NCBI RefSeq assembly: GCF_964204645.1
Contig: NC_134034.1
Location: 5,430,914 to 5,494,913 of the forward strand
From: Tubulanus polymorphus
Taxonomy: Eukaryota > Animalia > Nemertea
Length of the DNA stretch: 64,000 nucleotides
Direction: 5' to 3'
Both the position numbers and the translations under genes were made by a program. The notes beneath the pieces were generated by a model. That model was not told the DNA's origin, ran no database searches, and saw only the letters and a program-made list of their open reading frames with translations. This document shows, piece after piece, positions 20,150 to 33,288 of this stretch. Every line of letters starts with the position of its first letter. The stretch's first letter is position 1.

Positions 20150-23100
20150 TTAACACGCTAGAATCCTTTTCATAATCTCATTTTCTTTTGTTTCTTCTCT
20201 TTTGAATTTTATATATTCATCTAAATTGCAACCATAGGCGACTGTGTGGATTCCATCATCTAAAATATATCTTTTATCATCAAATGGGTTTAGACTTATC
20301 TTCTCTATTTCTTCAATAAACATTTCGTGGTACTCAGATCTTAAACATTTCATCTTATGTTTTCTAACTTCTTCATTAAATATACAATTGATGTAATCTT
20401 TGAAATGAATATTCTTTTCTACTACACTTTTGGTTATTCCTTTTAACTTTTTAGCTTCATGAGTTTTAGTTTTATATGAATACATTTTAGATCTAATACC
20501 AATAAACTCTATCATTTCTTCACCACCTAATTCATCCTTAAACTTCCCTGGAACTTTTTTATTATCATTGCTAAACAATTCATGATTTTTTGGATAATTA
20601 CTAAAATCAAAATGGTGTTTTAATGTTTTTAAATCATCTGTTATGTTATCAGTTTTTATCTTTAATATGTAACTGTCGGTATCAAAGTATAGAATTTCTA
20701 TGTGTTTTTCTCCAAAATGGGGTTGTAATATGTTATAGTAAAATTTATACATTAGTAATTTTGAAATTTCTAGAACTGATGCACCAACATAGATTGGTTT
20801 ATTGAACTTCATAGAAGTTCTTCTCATCTTAACTGCTGCTAAATTTTCATCAAATATTCTGTTACCTATAAACTTAGGATATGATTGTAAATGCCTAATT
20901 CTTTTACCATTACTGACTAACTCGATATCATTTCTATTTCTAATATTTTCACAAGTCTTACCATAGAATGCATTATTCATTAACTTGAAGAAATCCTTCT
21001 CAAAATCAGTTTTAGATTTAGTTCTCTGTGTAGTATTAAAATCTATATATTTTTCTAACCATTTAGATTGACTGAATGAAATATATCTATGTACTTTTTT
21101 TAATATCATTCCTTGATTCAAATAAAACTTCAACATTCTATAATGTACTACATAATTATATTTATCTTCTTGAGTCACCATTAACTTTTCAGTATGAATA
21201 TGATTATCGGGTTTAATTCTTTTTTGATAATTTGATAATTCTTCATGTTTAACAGTTTTATGTTCGGGACAATATGCTAGATTTCTAGATTTGAATTTAA
21301 TATTTTCGGGGTATTCAAGGTCTACAACAAAGAAGTAACCAGTATCTGAATCATCTGCAATATCTAGGATTCTTTTCTTTCAATCAAATTTATCAATTTG
21401 TAAAACTTCAGTTATTTCAAACATCCCATAAGGTTGTGGTTCCATCATTGCCCAACCATAAAGATTATTTGCATCTATGTATAATAATTTATATCCAGGA
21501 TTATCATTTACATTGAAATATCTATCACCCAATACACCTGAAACACCTCCTCTTATAGATTTTTCAAATAATAGTAATTGATCTATATTTGTTAACAAAT
21601 CCATTTTTATATCTGTAAATTTTAATCCACAATCCCATGTTAATCCTGGTGATGAATAACAATGACAAGGATCAATGTTAAAATATTTTAGGTTTACATC
21701 TCTAAACCTTTCGAATATATCGGTTAATAATAATACATCTGATTTTAAATATAAATCTACTAATTGCCCATGATTTGTTATTTTGAAATGATTCCAAATA
21801 TTCAATGTTCTATTATAAACTTCATCTTTAACATATTCATTTTTTAATTCATCATAAAATTGTTCTTTTAATAATTCAGTTATATTAAAATCATTATGAT
21901 TTTTATAGAAAGAATATGGAATTGCGCCTTTATATCTCATTAATTTAAAATCATCATAATTTGGGTAATATTCTTTTAATATCTTTAATTCATCATCAAC
22001 TAATGATTTTGATAAGTTATCTAATGAACTACTTAAAAATCTATATGAATCTATAAATCTTAAGCATCCAAATTGGAAAGATATATAATTCTCAGATGTT
22101 TTAGCTAACATTCTAAATTTATAAGTTGGTATTTTATCTTTTGATCTATTTGAATTTAATATTTCTATTTCATTATTGATTTCTTCTATTTTATGACATA
22201 ACTGTTTGATAAATAAATGTGCATCATATCCTGATAGATTATGAAATATAACTGGTACAAAGTTAATTTTCTTAGCTTGTAAGTTACAATTCTCATGTGC
22301 AGCGCCTCTAAACTTTCCATTCAAATGATCATGGTCTCTTACTTTTTTATCTTTATAATTAAATATCTTTTCACAATGATAACATTTATCTGCAAACTCA
22401 AATTCTTCTTTATCTTCTTCTGTCATAATTATTTCTTTATTTGTATTCAATAATTTACTAAATCTTATTTCATATTCAATTAATAAGTCACAAAAATGAT
22501 TGATAACATTTTCATTTCTATAATTATAATATTCACTTTCGATTAGTTCTGGATAATCAGATTTAATATATAACCCGAAAGCAGCAGCTGATTGATGAAT
22601 CTTTTTAATAGTATTTGTTATTGGTGGTTCATCTGAATAATCACTTTCATTAGAATTTAATTTCTTTCTTTTATAATATATATCTTTTCTATCTTTATCT
22701 GTTAATTCTTTATTTAATGATTCAAAATCTCCATATATTACAAATGGTACTTTATTTTTGTAATCATATTTTTTGAATTCTAATATTTTATCCTTTTCAT
22801 TTGGTAAAACTAATTTACAATAATCATGATTATCACACAGTTGTTTATGATTTAATAATATACTTTCATTACTAAATTTATGTAAACATTTTCTACATAG
22901 ATATATTTTATTATGGTGATCACTTTCTGTTCTAAAAAATAAATCTATTTGTTTAATCCACATATAATGATTCTCATAATATAATATATCTATAACATCG
23001 TTTGAATCATAATCTTTTGATAGGTATAAAGGTTCTAATGTATAATGTTTAATATTATTTCCTTTTGTATTTGGTAATTTAATTAAATCAAATACATTTA

Positions 23101-24181
23101 TTTTAAGATTATTATCTCTTTCTATTTTTGGGATGTTTTTAATTCTAACAGGATACTTATCTATCTTATAATTATTTTCAAATGGTTTATAATGAGTTAA
23201 TCTAAAACTATGTGTAATATCTTCTGTTGGATGTAAACAACTTATTATAGCCCATAGAAAACATTTATCATCTTCATTTTGTATATTTATTACAGCATTA
23301 GTTTTAAATGGTAGTTTAATATAACTTGTTCCATTTATACTATCATCTTTATAATATGATAAATTATTTTCATCAATTGGTTTTGATTTAGTTAACTTAT
23401 TATATTTTGTGTTATAAACATGTAAAGTTATAAATATTATCTCATCAAATATTAAACCAGATCCTTCAAAATATTTCTCTTCTATTTTAGTTTTTATTTC
23501 ATTATAACATTTTTCTAATTTATCATCTATATGTTGTTTAGATATAATATGTTGTGAATGAGAATTTATATTATATATTGGTTTATCTTCAGATTTTATA
23601 AACTTTACTTTAGAAGATATACTTATTTTAGGATATTCTACGTTTGTAATTATTTTTATTATTTCTTTCATATTTTCTAAATGTTTTTTATTTTCTTCTA
23701 ATGTTTTACCTTTATGAAATTTAAACTCGATAGCTGCTGGACCAATATCACTTTTAAATGCTTCGGTTATCTCTATATCTTTTTTATTATCTAATGAATT
23801 AATATAATTTCTTACATCTTCCATGTATGGCCTTTTATTGTTTAATTTATTTTTTATTCTTTTAATTGTCTTCTGTTTCTTATTGTTATCATTATCAAAA
23901 TAATCTTCACCTAAAATATCATTATTCTTATTTCTAATATGACTTATAGATTTTAAATGTTCTTTATAATATCTTTTATCACTGAATGATTGATTACATG
24001 TATCACATTTATATGTTTCTTTTTCATTCTTTAATTCTTCTAATTTAGTTTCTAATATATCATCTTCATATTCTAATTTCAATTTATTCTCTAAATGTGT
24101 TATAGTTTTATTGTGTCTTGCTTTTTGGGATTTATCTATACTTATCTTACATGTTGGGCAGTAGTATTTATTTGCTTCCAT
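20150..24181 (-). pseudogene. polB: Protein-primed-type family B DNA polymerase (1343 codons) with one in-frame TGA at 21382-21380
   Basis: Exo I VIYGDFES, EndoVII-like VRDHDH, YIDANNLYG, KLMNNAFYGK, YFDTDS; the two listed ORFs are in frame (198 nt apart); copy C has TGG at this codon. Confidence 0.93.
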
Positions 24182-24450
24182 TTTAATACTATATTTTTTA
24201 TTAAAATTGATTTTAGAAGTTCAATGATTTAAATGTTATTCATATATATGTGAATATTTTAAGAGTAATAGGGATAATAGGCTTTCATATCAAAGGTTGA
24301 AGGGGCGAGTGAGTAAAAAAATGAAAATAATAATAATTTACAGTTGAATTAGGAGTGTGCGCGACTAATTCAACTGTAAATTATTATTTTCATTTTTTTA
24401 CGAGCTCGACCCTTCGACCTTTGGTATGAAAGCCTATTATCCCTATTACT
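23926..24450 (-). repeat. Right TIR of A (525 bp), with terminal palindrome at ~24264-24450
   Basis: Reverse complement of 6732-7254. Confidence 0.97.
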
Positions 24451-24456
24451 AGTGAT

Positions 24457-24713
24457 TAAATGTTGAAAGGGGAATAGATTAAAGTAATGACATAACAGCT
24501 GGTAAACAATAATTAGGTAAGCAAAGGCAAACTAGGGGCAATGTAGATTGTAGAAGTAATTTAAAAACAAAAGATACAAACTAAAATGATTAAAACGTGA
24601 GGTCAAGCTATGGGTAAATCAGATGAAAACAAGAAGGAACATGAAATATATATTTTATACTCTTCTATTCAAGTCTCTCGTTTTGGCTGAATTGATTGTG
24701 GGATTTCTCTCGT
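24457..24713. mobile_element. Penelope-like remnant, right part
   Basis: Resembles the reverse complement of the Penelope 3' UTR at ~61740-61800; ends TTGTGGGATTTCTCTCG like 62007-62023; followed by the TSD. Confidence 0.65.
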
Positions 24714-25101
24714 CGACATTAGACTTCTATTCTCACTACGTGGCGCTACAGATGGACATTTCACTTACAAACATTATCCAAGGAAACTATTTTTTCTACC
24801 TTAGATCTATTATATTCCGTTGCCGTTTTTATGCGTTTAGCCCGTATTAGCTGAGAATTTAGTATTAATTATTCGGCCACGACAGACACTAAAAACTAGC
24901 TTATATCAAACGAATTAACATTGCATAGTCGACAAAGACTAATCGCACCGGTTGATGACAAACGAACTAACGTGCGTAGGGCCTAGATTAGTTTAATTCT
25001 TTGCGTCCAGTTAATCCCGTTTCTATATATTGAAACTTAACCGATTTGTTTTTCTTTTTCAACCACAAAATCTGTGTGATATTCGGTGAGACCTGGAGAA
25101 A

Positions 25102-25887
25102 ATGGCGGGAAGACAAAGTGTTTCACCCCCTAACAAGAAGCAGAAGACTGCAGCATCAAATCGTCCGAATCGCCAGAATCATAAATCGACTGAGGAAACG
25201 GCATCACGTGTGGAAGCAGACAATGGAATATCGTCAAAACTTGATGCGATTCTTTCCCAGCTTTCGAAATTAGAGCTTCTAGACGACTTGCAGAGGGACA
25301 TGACCGAAGTTAAACAATCGCTTGAATTTTGCCACCAGGACGTATTACAACTAAAGAGTGAAAACGAACAACTTAGAAGCAAAGTTCGCGATTTAGAGAA
25401 AGTCGTCGCTGATCAGGACGCAATTATCAAATCGGACCATGAACTACTCCTAGATCAGCAATGGCGTAGCATGCGCGATAATTTGATCTTTTACGGCGTC
25501 GAGGAATCCGAAAATGAGAATACCGAGGACTTAATTAAAGGCTTTTGCGAGAAAGACCTTAAGTTACCGAAGACGACCGTGGACTCATTCAAATTCGCGC
25601 GAACACATCGCCTTGGACGAAGGAAAAACGAACAGAAAAAACCGCGCCCAATTGTTGCAAAATTCGAGTTCTTCAAAGATCGTGAACTGGTACGTTCAGT
25701 TGCGAAAAATCTCGCGGGCTCGTCTTTAGGACTGAATGAACAGGTGCCTGAGGAATGGGCGGCGAGACGACGCGAAAAGCTACCCGAGCTGAGAGCCGCG
25801 AAAGCGAACGGAAAACAAGCTTTCTTTGTACGGGACAAACTCGTTATCCGCGAAAACCGTGACCGCGTACCGATGGACAGCCACTAG
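25102..25887 (+). CDS. LINE ORF1 (coiled coil plus RRM-like domain)
   Basis: RDNLIFYGV, THRLG, RPIVAKF; upstream of an APE-RT ORF. Confidence 0.88.
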   Translation: MAGRQSVSPPNKKQKTAASNRPNRQNHKSTEETASRVEADNGISSKLDAILSQLSKLELLDDLQRDMTEVKQSLEFCHQDVLQLKSENEQLRSKVRDLEKVVADQDAIIKSDHELLLDQQWRSMRDNLIFYGVEESENENTEDLIKGFCEKDLKLPKTTVDSFKFARTHRLGRRKNEQKKPRPIVAKFEFFKDRELVRSVAKNLAGSSLGLNEQVPEEWAARRREKLPELRAAKANGKQAFFVRDKLVIRENRDRVPMDSH

Positions 25888-26220
25888 GAACCAGCGGAGG
25901 GACTTTGCGTACAATTCGTAGACCGGACTGTCCTTGTATCTCGAAGTTGTTGTTATGTTATAGAATTTGTAAATAGTGTAAATTTATGTGACAGTTATCC
26001 AAATGTAAATAGAGATATCGTTGGCTCGCATGTAAATTCTCATACGGTAGATACATACCCTGATGTAAATAGTAACAATCATGTACCTGATGTAACTCCT
26101 AACAATTTCATTTCTGATGTACATAAGCGAAATATTAACACTTCTGATTTAAATAAGCAAAATGTAACTAGTACAGCAAACGCAGCAAACATAAGTGAAA
26201 TTCCTTGTATCAAATCATCA

Positions 26221-29200
26221 TTGAAGTTTTCTACGCTGAATGTATGTGGCCTTATAGCTAAACTCGATATCCCAGAATTCTGTGAATTTATTAGCAATAA
26301 TGACATCACATGTCTAACTGAAACTCACTTAGATGATTTAGACGGTAATTTAGGTTGTAGCTTGCCCGCCTCCCATATGGCGCACTTTAAAAATAGGAAA
26401 AAGTTTTCAAAAAAAGGATCAGGTGGCGTCGGTATCATATATAGGAAGTTCATGAAAAATAAAATAAAACCAATTTCGACTGACTCTCAGTTTGTATCTT
26501 GGTATTTATTAGATAAAGATTTATTTAATCGCGACAAACATGTACTTTTAGGTGTAATTTATATTCCTCCAGAAAATAGTCGTTATTATTCAGAAATAGC
26601 TATCAGAGAAATTGAAATAGAGTTATTGCAATTGAAAGTTGAGTATGATTTCATTGTGTTAATTTCTGGTGACTTTAATGCTCACACCGCTTGTATGCCA
26701 GACTTTTTGGAACCTGATAATCAGATAATTCAAGATGATAACTTAGACCCTATTGTTGACTCATTGATTAATTTAGGCGTTCCCACTACTAGAAATAATC
26801 AGGACAAAAGAAAGAATAATACAGGCTATCAACTAATAGATTTGTGTAAGAACCATTCACTAATTATCCTCAATGGCAGATGTGGCAATGATCAGACAGG
26901 TAATTATACTTTTAGGAACACTAGTGTCATCGATTATTTTGTGTGTGATTTAGAACTGTTTGGTTATGTTGAGGACTTTGAAATAATGCCTTTTGACCCA
27001 TTATTATCTGATGGACATAATCCTATTAATCTGTGCGTGTATACGAATTCTAGGGACACCATTGCTAGCGATAATGAAAGGGGTAATGAACACGCGAACT
27101 TTAAAACTTCAATTAGGTGGGTCAGTACTAGATCAAATCAATTTTTCCTGAATGTAGAATCAAGATTACGAGATAATGATTTAGATAAGTTACTGTTGGA
27201 CGGGTTGCAAGATCTAGGAATTCAATCGCCAGATGACATTAATGGACTTACCGATAGATTTGTATCTTCTTTATTATCAAGTGCTGAGGAGTGTAATTTG
27301 ATGTACCATAGAAAAAGTAGGAAAAGTAATAACTGCAAAAAACCGGTCCGCAACAGATGGTTTGGCAGGGACTGTAGAGATGCACAGAAGAAATATAATA
27401 ATATGAAAAAAAGATATAGGGGTTGCCCTACCCTTTCCAATTTTGAATCCCTTAAGAACTCGTCTAAAAACTATAAAAAGGTCATCCGAGAAAATAAGAA
27501 GAAACAAAAGGATGAATTTATTAAGGAATTGAGAGAATGCGAAATTAATAACCCAAAAAAGTATTGGTCGATGCTAAACTCTGCGAGCGGAACAAAAAAT
27601 AATGAGGCTAATATAGATATTGATATTTTTCTTGAACATTTTATGAGATTAAATGATTTGAATAATGTTAACAATGAAACCGATGACGGTGATGAGCCCC
27701 CAGACGTGGGTGACCATCCTGTCTATGACAATTATATTTTGAACAGTGATATAACCAGTGATGAGGTAATTAAGGCTATCTCTTTACTCAAAAACAATAA
27801 GGCCCCAGGCATTGATGGAATCACGAATGAGCTGTTGGGAGTTAGTCAGTATCCGTTTTTAGTTGATATATTACAAAAATTATTCAATTTAGTTCTTAAA
27901 ACAGTATATGTTCCAGAGATGTGGTCTATAGGCGTCATCAAACCCATTTTCAAAAAGAATGGCGATCCCTCTAATCCTGATAATTATAGAGGTATTACCT
28001 TAGTTAGCTGTCTTGGTAAATTATTTACAAGTATCCTAAATCAAAGATTGTCAACATTTCTAGATACGAATCACATTATAAGTGAAGCCCAGGCTGGCTT
28101 TAGATCGAAATATTCCACCATTGATCATATTTACACGCTTAAAACAATCGTAGAGCTGTATCTTTGTCAGGGAAGAAGACTTTTTTGCGCCTTTGTTGAT
28201 TTTAAGAAAGCTTTCGACTCGATTTGTAGGGTAAAGTTATGGCGAAAATTAATTGCTAACAATGTTAATGGAAACTTTTTCGATGTGGTCAAAAATATGT
28301 ATAACTCCATAAAATCATCTGTTGAATTAAATGGTTGCACGTCACAATACTTTGCAGCTGATAGAGGCTTAAGACAAGGCGAAAATCTCTCACCTATCCT
28401 CTTTTCGTTATTCTTAAACGACATTGAAGAATTTTTCATTGATCGTGGAAAACCGACTTTGTCATTTATAGAAAAACTAAATTTGAATCGTGATCAGGAT
28501 ATTGATACTTTACTGAATTTATTCATAATACTATACGCAGATGATACAGTTATTCTTGCTGAGGATGAGAAATCTCTTCAGCTACACTTAGATACCTTAT
28601 TTGAATATTGCGCGGCTAATGGTCTCACTGTTAACTCAGAGAAAACTAAAGTACTAGTATTTGCGCGAAGTAAATCCCGGATAAAAACGATTTCGAAATT
28701 TATGTTTGGTGATCAAGAGTTAGAGGTAGTTGAAGATTATGTTTATCTCGGAGTAAAATTCAATTGGAATGGTAACTTTGCTAAGGCAAAAAATTATCTT
28801 TACGATAAAGCTATCAGAGCTATGTTTTCGATCGTTCAAAAAGGCAGACGTTTGAAATTGCCCATAGATGTTATGTTTAAATTATTTGATACGTGTGTTG
28901 CTCCAATAGCCATGTATGGGTGTGAGATCTGGGGATATGAAAATCTTGATTTATTAGAAAATATTCATTGCTTCTTCTGTAAAATCTTAATGAAAGTGAC
29001 GAACAATTCTCGCAACTTACAAGTTTTATCAGAGCTAGGACGTTACCCTTTGAATATAGATGTTAGACGCAGGATGATTAACTTTTGGGTGAAAACAGTA
29101 TCTGGAAAGCAAACCAAACTTAATTCAATACTCTATAAAATATCTTTCAATTTATTTTTAAGGGATAAATTTAAGAGCCCTTGGTTATCATATATAAAGA

Positions 29201-29496
29201 AAACGTTTGATGACTGTGGTTTGTCCTGCATTTGGACGCAGCAATTCATGACTAACAGTAAATCTTTTTCAAAACGAATAAAACAGATACTCCGTGACCA
29301 GCACCTTCAAGAAACTGTATCTGCCATTAATACTAATCCGATATACACTAACTTTAGGCAATATAAGAATGATATTAGGTTAGAGAAGTATATAATAGAA
29401 CTTGGTGATGACTTAGGAACTAGTTTATTTGAATTTAGGGTCGGGTCCTATATTTTACCTGAGACCGGCTTAGATGTATATAGATCCCTCCAATAG
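26221..29496 (+). CDS. LINE ORF2, AP endonuclease plus reverse transcriptase (RTEX-like); C-terminus probably truncated
   Basis: LNVCG, LTETH, GDFNA, IDY, SDGH; FVDFKKAFD, GLRQGENLSP, LYADD; YGCEIWG; ends abruptly after ETG. Confidence 0.92.
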   Translation: MKFSTLNVCGLIAKLDIPEFCEFISNNDITCLTETHLDDLDGNLGCSLPASHMAHFKNRKKFSKKGSGGVGIIYRKFMKNKIKPISTDSQFVSWYLLDKDLFNRDKHVLLGVIYIPPENSRYYSEIAIREIEIELLQLKVEYDFIVLISGDFNAHTACMPDFLEPDNQIIQDDNLDPIVDSLINLGVPTTRNNQDKRKNNTGYQLIDLCKNHSLIILNGRCGNDQTGNYTFRNTSVIDYFVCDLELFGYVEDFEIMPFDPLLSDGHNPINLCVYTNSRDTIASDNERGNEHANFKTSIRWVSTRSNQFFLNVESRLRDNDLDKLLLDGLQDLGIQSPDDINGLTDRFVSSLLSSAEECNLMYHRKSRKSNNCKKPVRNRWFGRDCRDAQKKYNNMKKRYRGCPTLSNFESLKNSSKNYKKVIRENKKKQKDEFIKELRECEINNPKKYWSMLNSASGTKNNEANIDIDIFLEHFMRLNDLNNVNNETDDGDEPPDVGDHPVYDNYILNSDITSDEVIKAISLLKNNKAPGIDGITNELLGVSQYPFLVDILQKLFNLVLKTVYVPEMWSIGVIKPIFKKNGDPSNPDNYRGITLVSCLGKLFTSILNQRLSTFLDTNHIISEAQAGFRSKYSTIDHIYTLKTIVELYLCQGRRLFCAFVDFKKAFDSICRVKLWRKLIANNVNGNFFDVVKNMYNSIKSSVELNGCTSQYFAADRGLRQGENLSPILFSLFLNDIEEFFIDRGKPTLSFIEKLNLNRDQDIDTLLNLFIILYADDTVILAEDEKSLQLHLDTLFEYCAANGLTVNSEKTKVLVFARSKSRIKTISKFMFGDQELEVVEDYVYLGVKFNWNGNFAKAKNYLYDKAIRAMFSIVQKGRRLKLPIDVMFKLFDTCVAPIAMYGCEIWGYENLDLLENIHCFFCKILMKVTNNSRNLQVLSELGRYPLNIDVRRRMINFWVKTVSGKQTKLNSILYKISFNLFLRDKFKSPWLSYIKKTFDDCGLSCIWTQQFMTNSKSFSKRIKQILRDQHLQETVSAINTNPIYTNFRQYKNDIRLEKYIIELGDDLGTSLFEFRVGSYILPETGLDVYRSLQ

Positions 29497-30827
29497 TATA
29501 TATAGTATTGTAAATAGTTGATGTATATAATAGTATATATAGTATTGTAAATAGTTGATGTATATATATATTTCGTTACGTTTTCATTCTCTAAATTTTA
29601 ATCACTTTAGTGTTGTTTTGTAAATATTTGTATATACATGTGTAATAGTTTTCCTCCATATACCATGGAAATGGTTGGAGTGTAAATAAATCGTAATCGT
29701 AATCGTAATCGTAATCGTAGAAATCAGTTCGATTTTCCTCGCTGTCGAACGTGCTTGTGCGATTGTGTAGGTTCACGGCTTGGCTTTGTGCTGTAACCAT
29801 TACTTCGTGTTGAACTCTGTGTCCTACGTTGTGCAGTTCGGAGCCTGTCGTCCAGGGTATTCCAATGTGGAATAGGGGGTAGTCCACTGTGTGTAGTCAG
29901 ATCCAATGTGTTTGCGTAGATTTTTGAAGCCCACTGTGTGCGGGCGTCCACAATGTGTTTGGACAAAATTGCTGTAGCCACGGCGTGTTTGGATCAGAGG
30001 CTGTGTGCGTCTCAGGATTGTGTGCTGCCTGCTGGGTGCGGGATGGTGGGCTGAATGGAAAAGTATGGAAGAATCGTTACGTTTGAAATAAAGAGTGATG
30101 ATGAATAATGAATTTTTAGGGCAGAGAAAACTCGAGAGGTCGGGGTTGTCAATTCTCTATATTCTAAGTGTGTTTCGGTATACTTCGTTGGTCCCACTAT
30201 TGTGAGATTTATCGGTCAGGGGGATCGTTTATTATTTCGGTTTTTTTAATCTGTTTCGGGGATTTTATTTAGCGCATAAATCGCTTCCGTGGAGAGTTTA
30301 ATCGCGCTCAAAGCTTGATTTAGTTTGCTCCGTTCGTGCGGGACGCGTGACAAATACCTTATATTTTACAGTTTTACGCGAGCCTTTTGACTACTCAGAT
30401 CTTAGCATTTTCATTGTTCTTGTTTATGGCTGGCGTCGTGTTGCGTTTGCCCTTGGAGGCCTATTCCACGGGTTTTACTTGTTGGTCGATTTGTCTTTTA
30501 CCGTTTTCCGAGGATTAAATACAACTTCAAAGGATTTGGGCGTCTGAAACCTTTTGATTGTTTACGCTGGTAATAAAGTTTCAATTTGTTGTTTTATTGC
30601 GTCCGTTGTCATGGCTTCGGTCATGTTGGCTGGGGGTTAGTTTAGTATACTCCTTTTAGGGATGCAGTACGATCTATTTTGAGGATGTGGATTTTATGGC
30701 TCTCCAGTCCATTATAGCATTAAATAGTTTCAGCAGAGACTTATCACATTGGACTGGTATTTGGAATTAATCCGCCAATATTGGACTGTTTGAATCCTAC
30801 GACATTACGCCATAGGGACGTGCGAAC

Positions 30828-31327
30828 ATACCGACAAACCGATGAACCGACAAACCGACATACCGACAAACCGACATACCGACAAACCGACGAACCAACA
30901 AACCGACGAACCGACATACCGACGAATCGACATACCGACGAACCGACAAACCGATGAACCAACATAACGACGAACCGACAAATCCGTGCGTGGATTACCC
31001 TTATATAAAGTGGCTGGAAGCGAGGGGCTGCGTGTTTGCGTGGATAACCCTTGTATAAAGTGGCTGGGATCGAGGGGCTGTGTGGTGCGTGGATTACCCG
31101 TGTACAAAGTGGCTTGGATCGAGGGGCTGTGTGGTGCATGAATAACCCTTATATAAAGCGGCTAGGATCGAGGGGCTGCGTTGTTGCGTGGATTACCCTT
31201 ATATATTGTGGCTAGGATCGAGGGACAGGGTTTTTCCGTGGATTACCCGTGGCTGGATCGAGGGACTACGAGTATGTCGGTTCGTCGGTTTGTCGGTATG
31301 TCGGTTTTTCGGTATGTCGGTTTGTCT
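30828..31327. repeat. Composite repeat: inverted 9-mer arrays flanking a ~50-bp minisatellite
   Basis: (ACCGACAA/ACCGACAT)n, then (GGATTACCCTTATATAAAGTGGCTGGGATCGAGGGGCTG..)n, then (GTCGGT..)n. Confidence 0.85.
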
Positions 31328-32082
31328 TGAAAAGTACCGCAGACGAATTACTCCTTTTCAAAAAAAAAAATCTTTGAGCGGGGAACTATTCCACGCTATA
31401 CTGGACTTTAACCGATTTTATTTTCGACGATTGTGGTTACCGTTGGGTAACTATTTAGGGGTTGCTTTTCCTTCCCTCTGGTCATGTTACAGCGGCTGAT
31501 GATGCTTACAAACCATTGTACGTTTATATTTTATCTTTGAGCGATTCAGGGAAGTTCAGTACCGTAAGGCTTTTACATATGTTCTCAATATTGCTTCTTT
31601 GCGCTCGCCGTTTTGATCTAATGTTTAACTCCCCTTTATTGTTTGGGTTTGGGTGATGGGATGTTAGTTTTGGGGTTTTATGGTTTTGTCTTTTCGGAGT
31701 GTTTGGTGCGTCGCTTGGGCAGTACCGGTTTTTCCCCATATCTATATATTTCTGTCCGCACAACAGGGAGTAAGAATATTAAACTGTGGGAATTCCTGGA
31801 CCAATCAGCGAACGTCTTACTGAACAAGGAAGTATTTCGCAAGTCGATATATGACGTCATGCGCGTAAGCGCCAGAAATCGCTGGGCTGACCTGTGGAGT
31901 TCGGGGAGCGATATCGGACCCCTGACAAGCGAGGATGACGTCATGGCCACCGGGGCCTTATTCACCAGCCTCGCAAATTAATGGATTTACGTTGCATCAT
32001 TTGCGATATATCATTTTTATTTGCGATGCTTGGTATTCGAGTCGAATTCGACGGTTTCCAAATTTTGCGGATCCCCAGTGAA

Positions 32083-32310
32083 CTGGCCAGCATATACTCT
32101 CCAGATCTGGACCTACTTGATTATTTTCTCTTGGGCACCAGGGTTTACTGAAATTACGCACCAAAAACTATGAGCAACTGAAGTGAAACATCGTCAAGGT
32201 CAAAAAGAATCGGGTGGGAACTCTCAAGTCGTGATTGGCAAACTCAACACTAGGCATACACTAGAATTGATACGGAGGCAAAATGGCGATCCAATCAAAA
32301 ACATCTTATT
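32083..32310 (+). pseudogene. Tc1/mariner transposase C-terminal remnant
   Basis: Frameshifted WPA-YSPDLDLLDYFLLG resembles WPxxSPDLNPLDY; IRRQNGDPIKNIL resembles the usual C-terminus. Confidence 0.6.
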
Positions 32311-33288
32311 AAAAGTTTAAATCAAGGAATAAGAGATAAATGTAACATAATTGGTAGAAACTTGATGCATCTATCCAGGCTCGGAGATTTTGAATAGGTT
32401 TGACCTATGATCAAATCTTAAATCTTAAATATATCAATATCATCCAGTTACTACAATGAGTTATCAATTCTGGGGGCTCTTGTCGTCATCGGTCTCTGAT
32501 TTGCTCAATCTATCATTAGTGCATCAAATCGTCTTGAGAGTTCCGAGTAAGAGGTAAGAAACAGTTCGATCGCACGCACTGACATTGTTCGAATTGTGAA
32601 AGATTGTTCGCTCCCTGAGTACTTTTTTCATCTTAAAATAAGGATTGACCCTGTTGTTAATTTGGAAATTGCCGTTTGATTTTTTTTTTGATTGAGTGTC
32701 CCTAACAAACCCACCACACCTGCCGGGAGCGAAACGGGTGGTTTGATTTTAATTCGGAAATCTAAGTACAGATATAGTTGTGTGATCGGCGGTCGAATTT
32801 ACAGAATCCTTTGTTTAAATCGAAGAACATAATTGGAAAATTCGGTTCCGGTTCATTCAAACAATCTTCCAATCAGTCTAAACCGGGAGGCTATTGATTG
32901 GGTTTAATTTTCTTGGCTTCGGAAATTTTGGAAATAACTATATTACAAGTTTGAAGATCATTTTGTCCATTTTTGGTCGGTTTCTACGTGTTAATAGTCC
33001 GATAGTTTATTGTAGTTTTTTCTCGGGTAGATGTTGGTGTAGAAGTTCTCCACGTTGATCCGCAAATATTGAAGCACATATCTCGAAACGCAAATTATTC
33101 AGATGAAAGTATGGTCCTGGTATCCGAAGTGCTCACGGGTGTTATTTTCAGAGTTGGAAAAGTCGATCCCCGGGCGACGATCCCCACCAAAAAGACTGTG
33201 TTTTGTAAAGCGTAGTATTAAAGCCTCGATAAAGACAAATCCGCGCCGTGAAAACGTTTCCGCGCCGCGATGTCATGCGCCAAATGTC

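Larger units (their letters stand above)
6732..24450. mobile_element. Polinton/Maverick-like endogenous virus, copy A (17.7 kb, structurally complete)
   Basis: AGT...ACT termini; 6-bp TSD AGTGAT (6726-6731, 24451-24456); long TIRs; pPolB, integrase, ATPase and capsid genes. Confidence 0.97.
25090..29719 (+). mobile_element. Non-LTR retrotransposon with AATAAA plus (TCGTAA)n tail
   Basis: ORF1 and ORF2; hexanucleotide tail at 29685-29719; 5' boundary approximate. Confidence 0.85.

Noticed and set aside
21380-21382. TGA recoded as Trp, or programmed readthrough
   Set aside because: Trp is TGG elsewhere, TGA ends other genes (HNH, integrase), and copy C has TGG; a point mutation is simpler.
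24727-25100. TSD and exact 5' end of the LINE
   Set aside because: No convincing duplication of the 3' flank (GAAATCAGTTCG) was found upstream.
29720-30612. Possible minus-strand gag/ORF1 remnant
   Set aside because: Composition is suggestive, but no continuous frame or diagnostic motif could be recovered.
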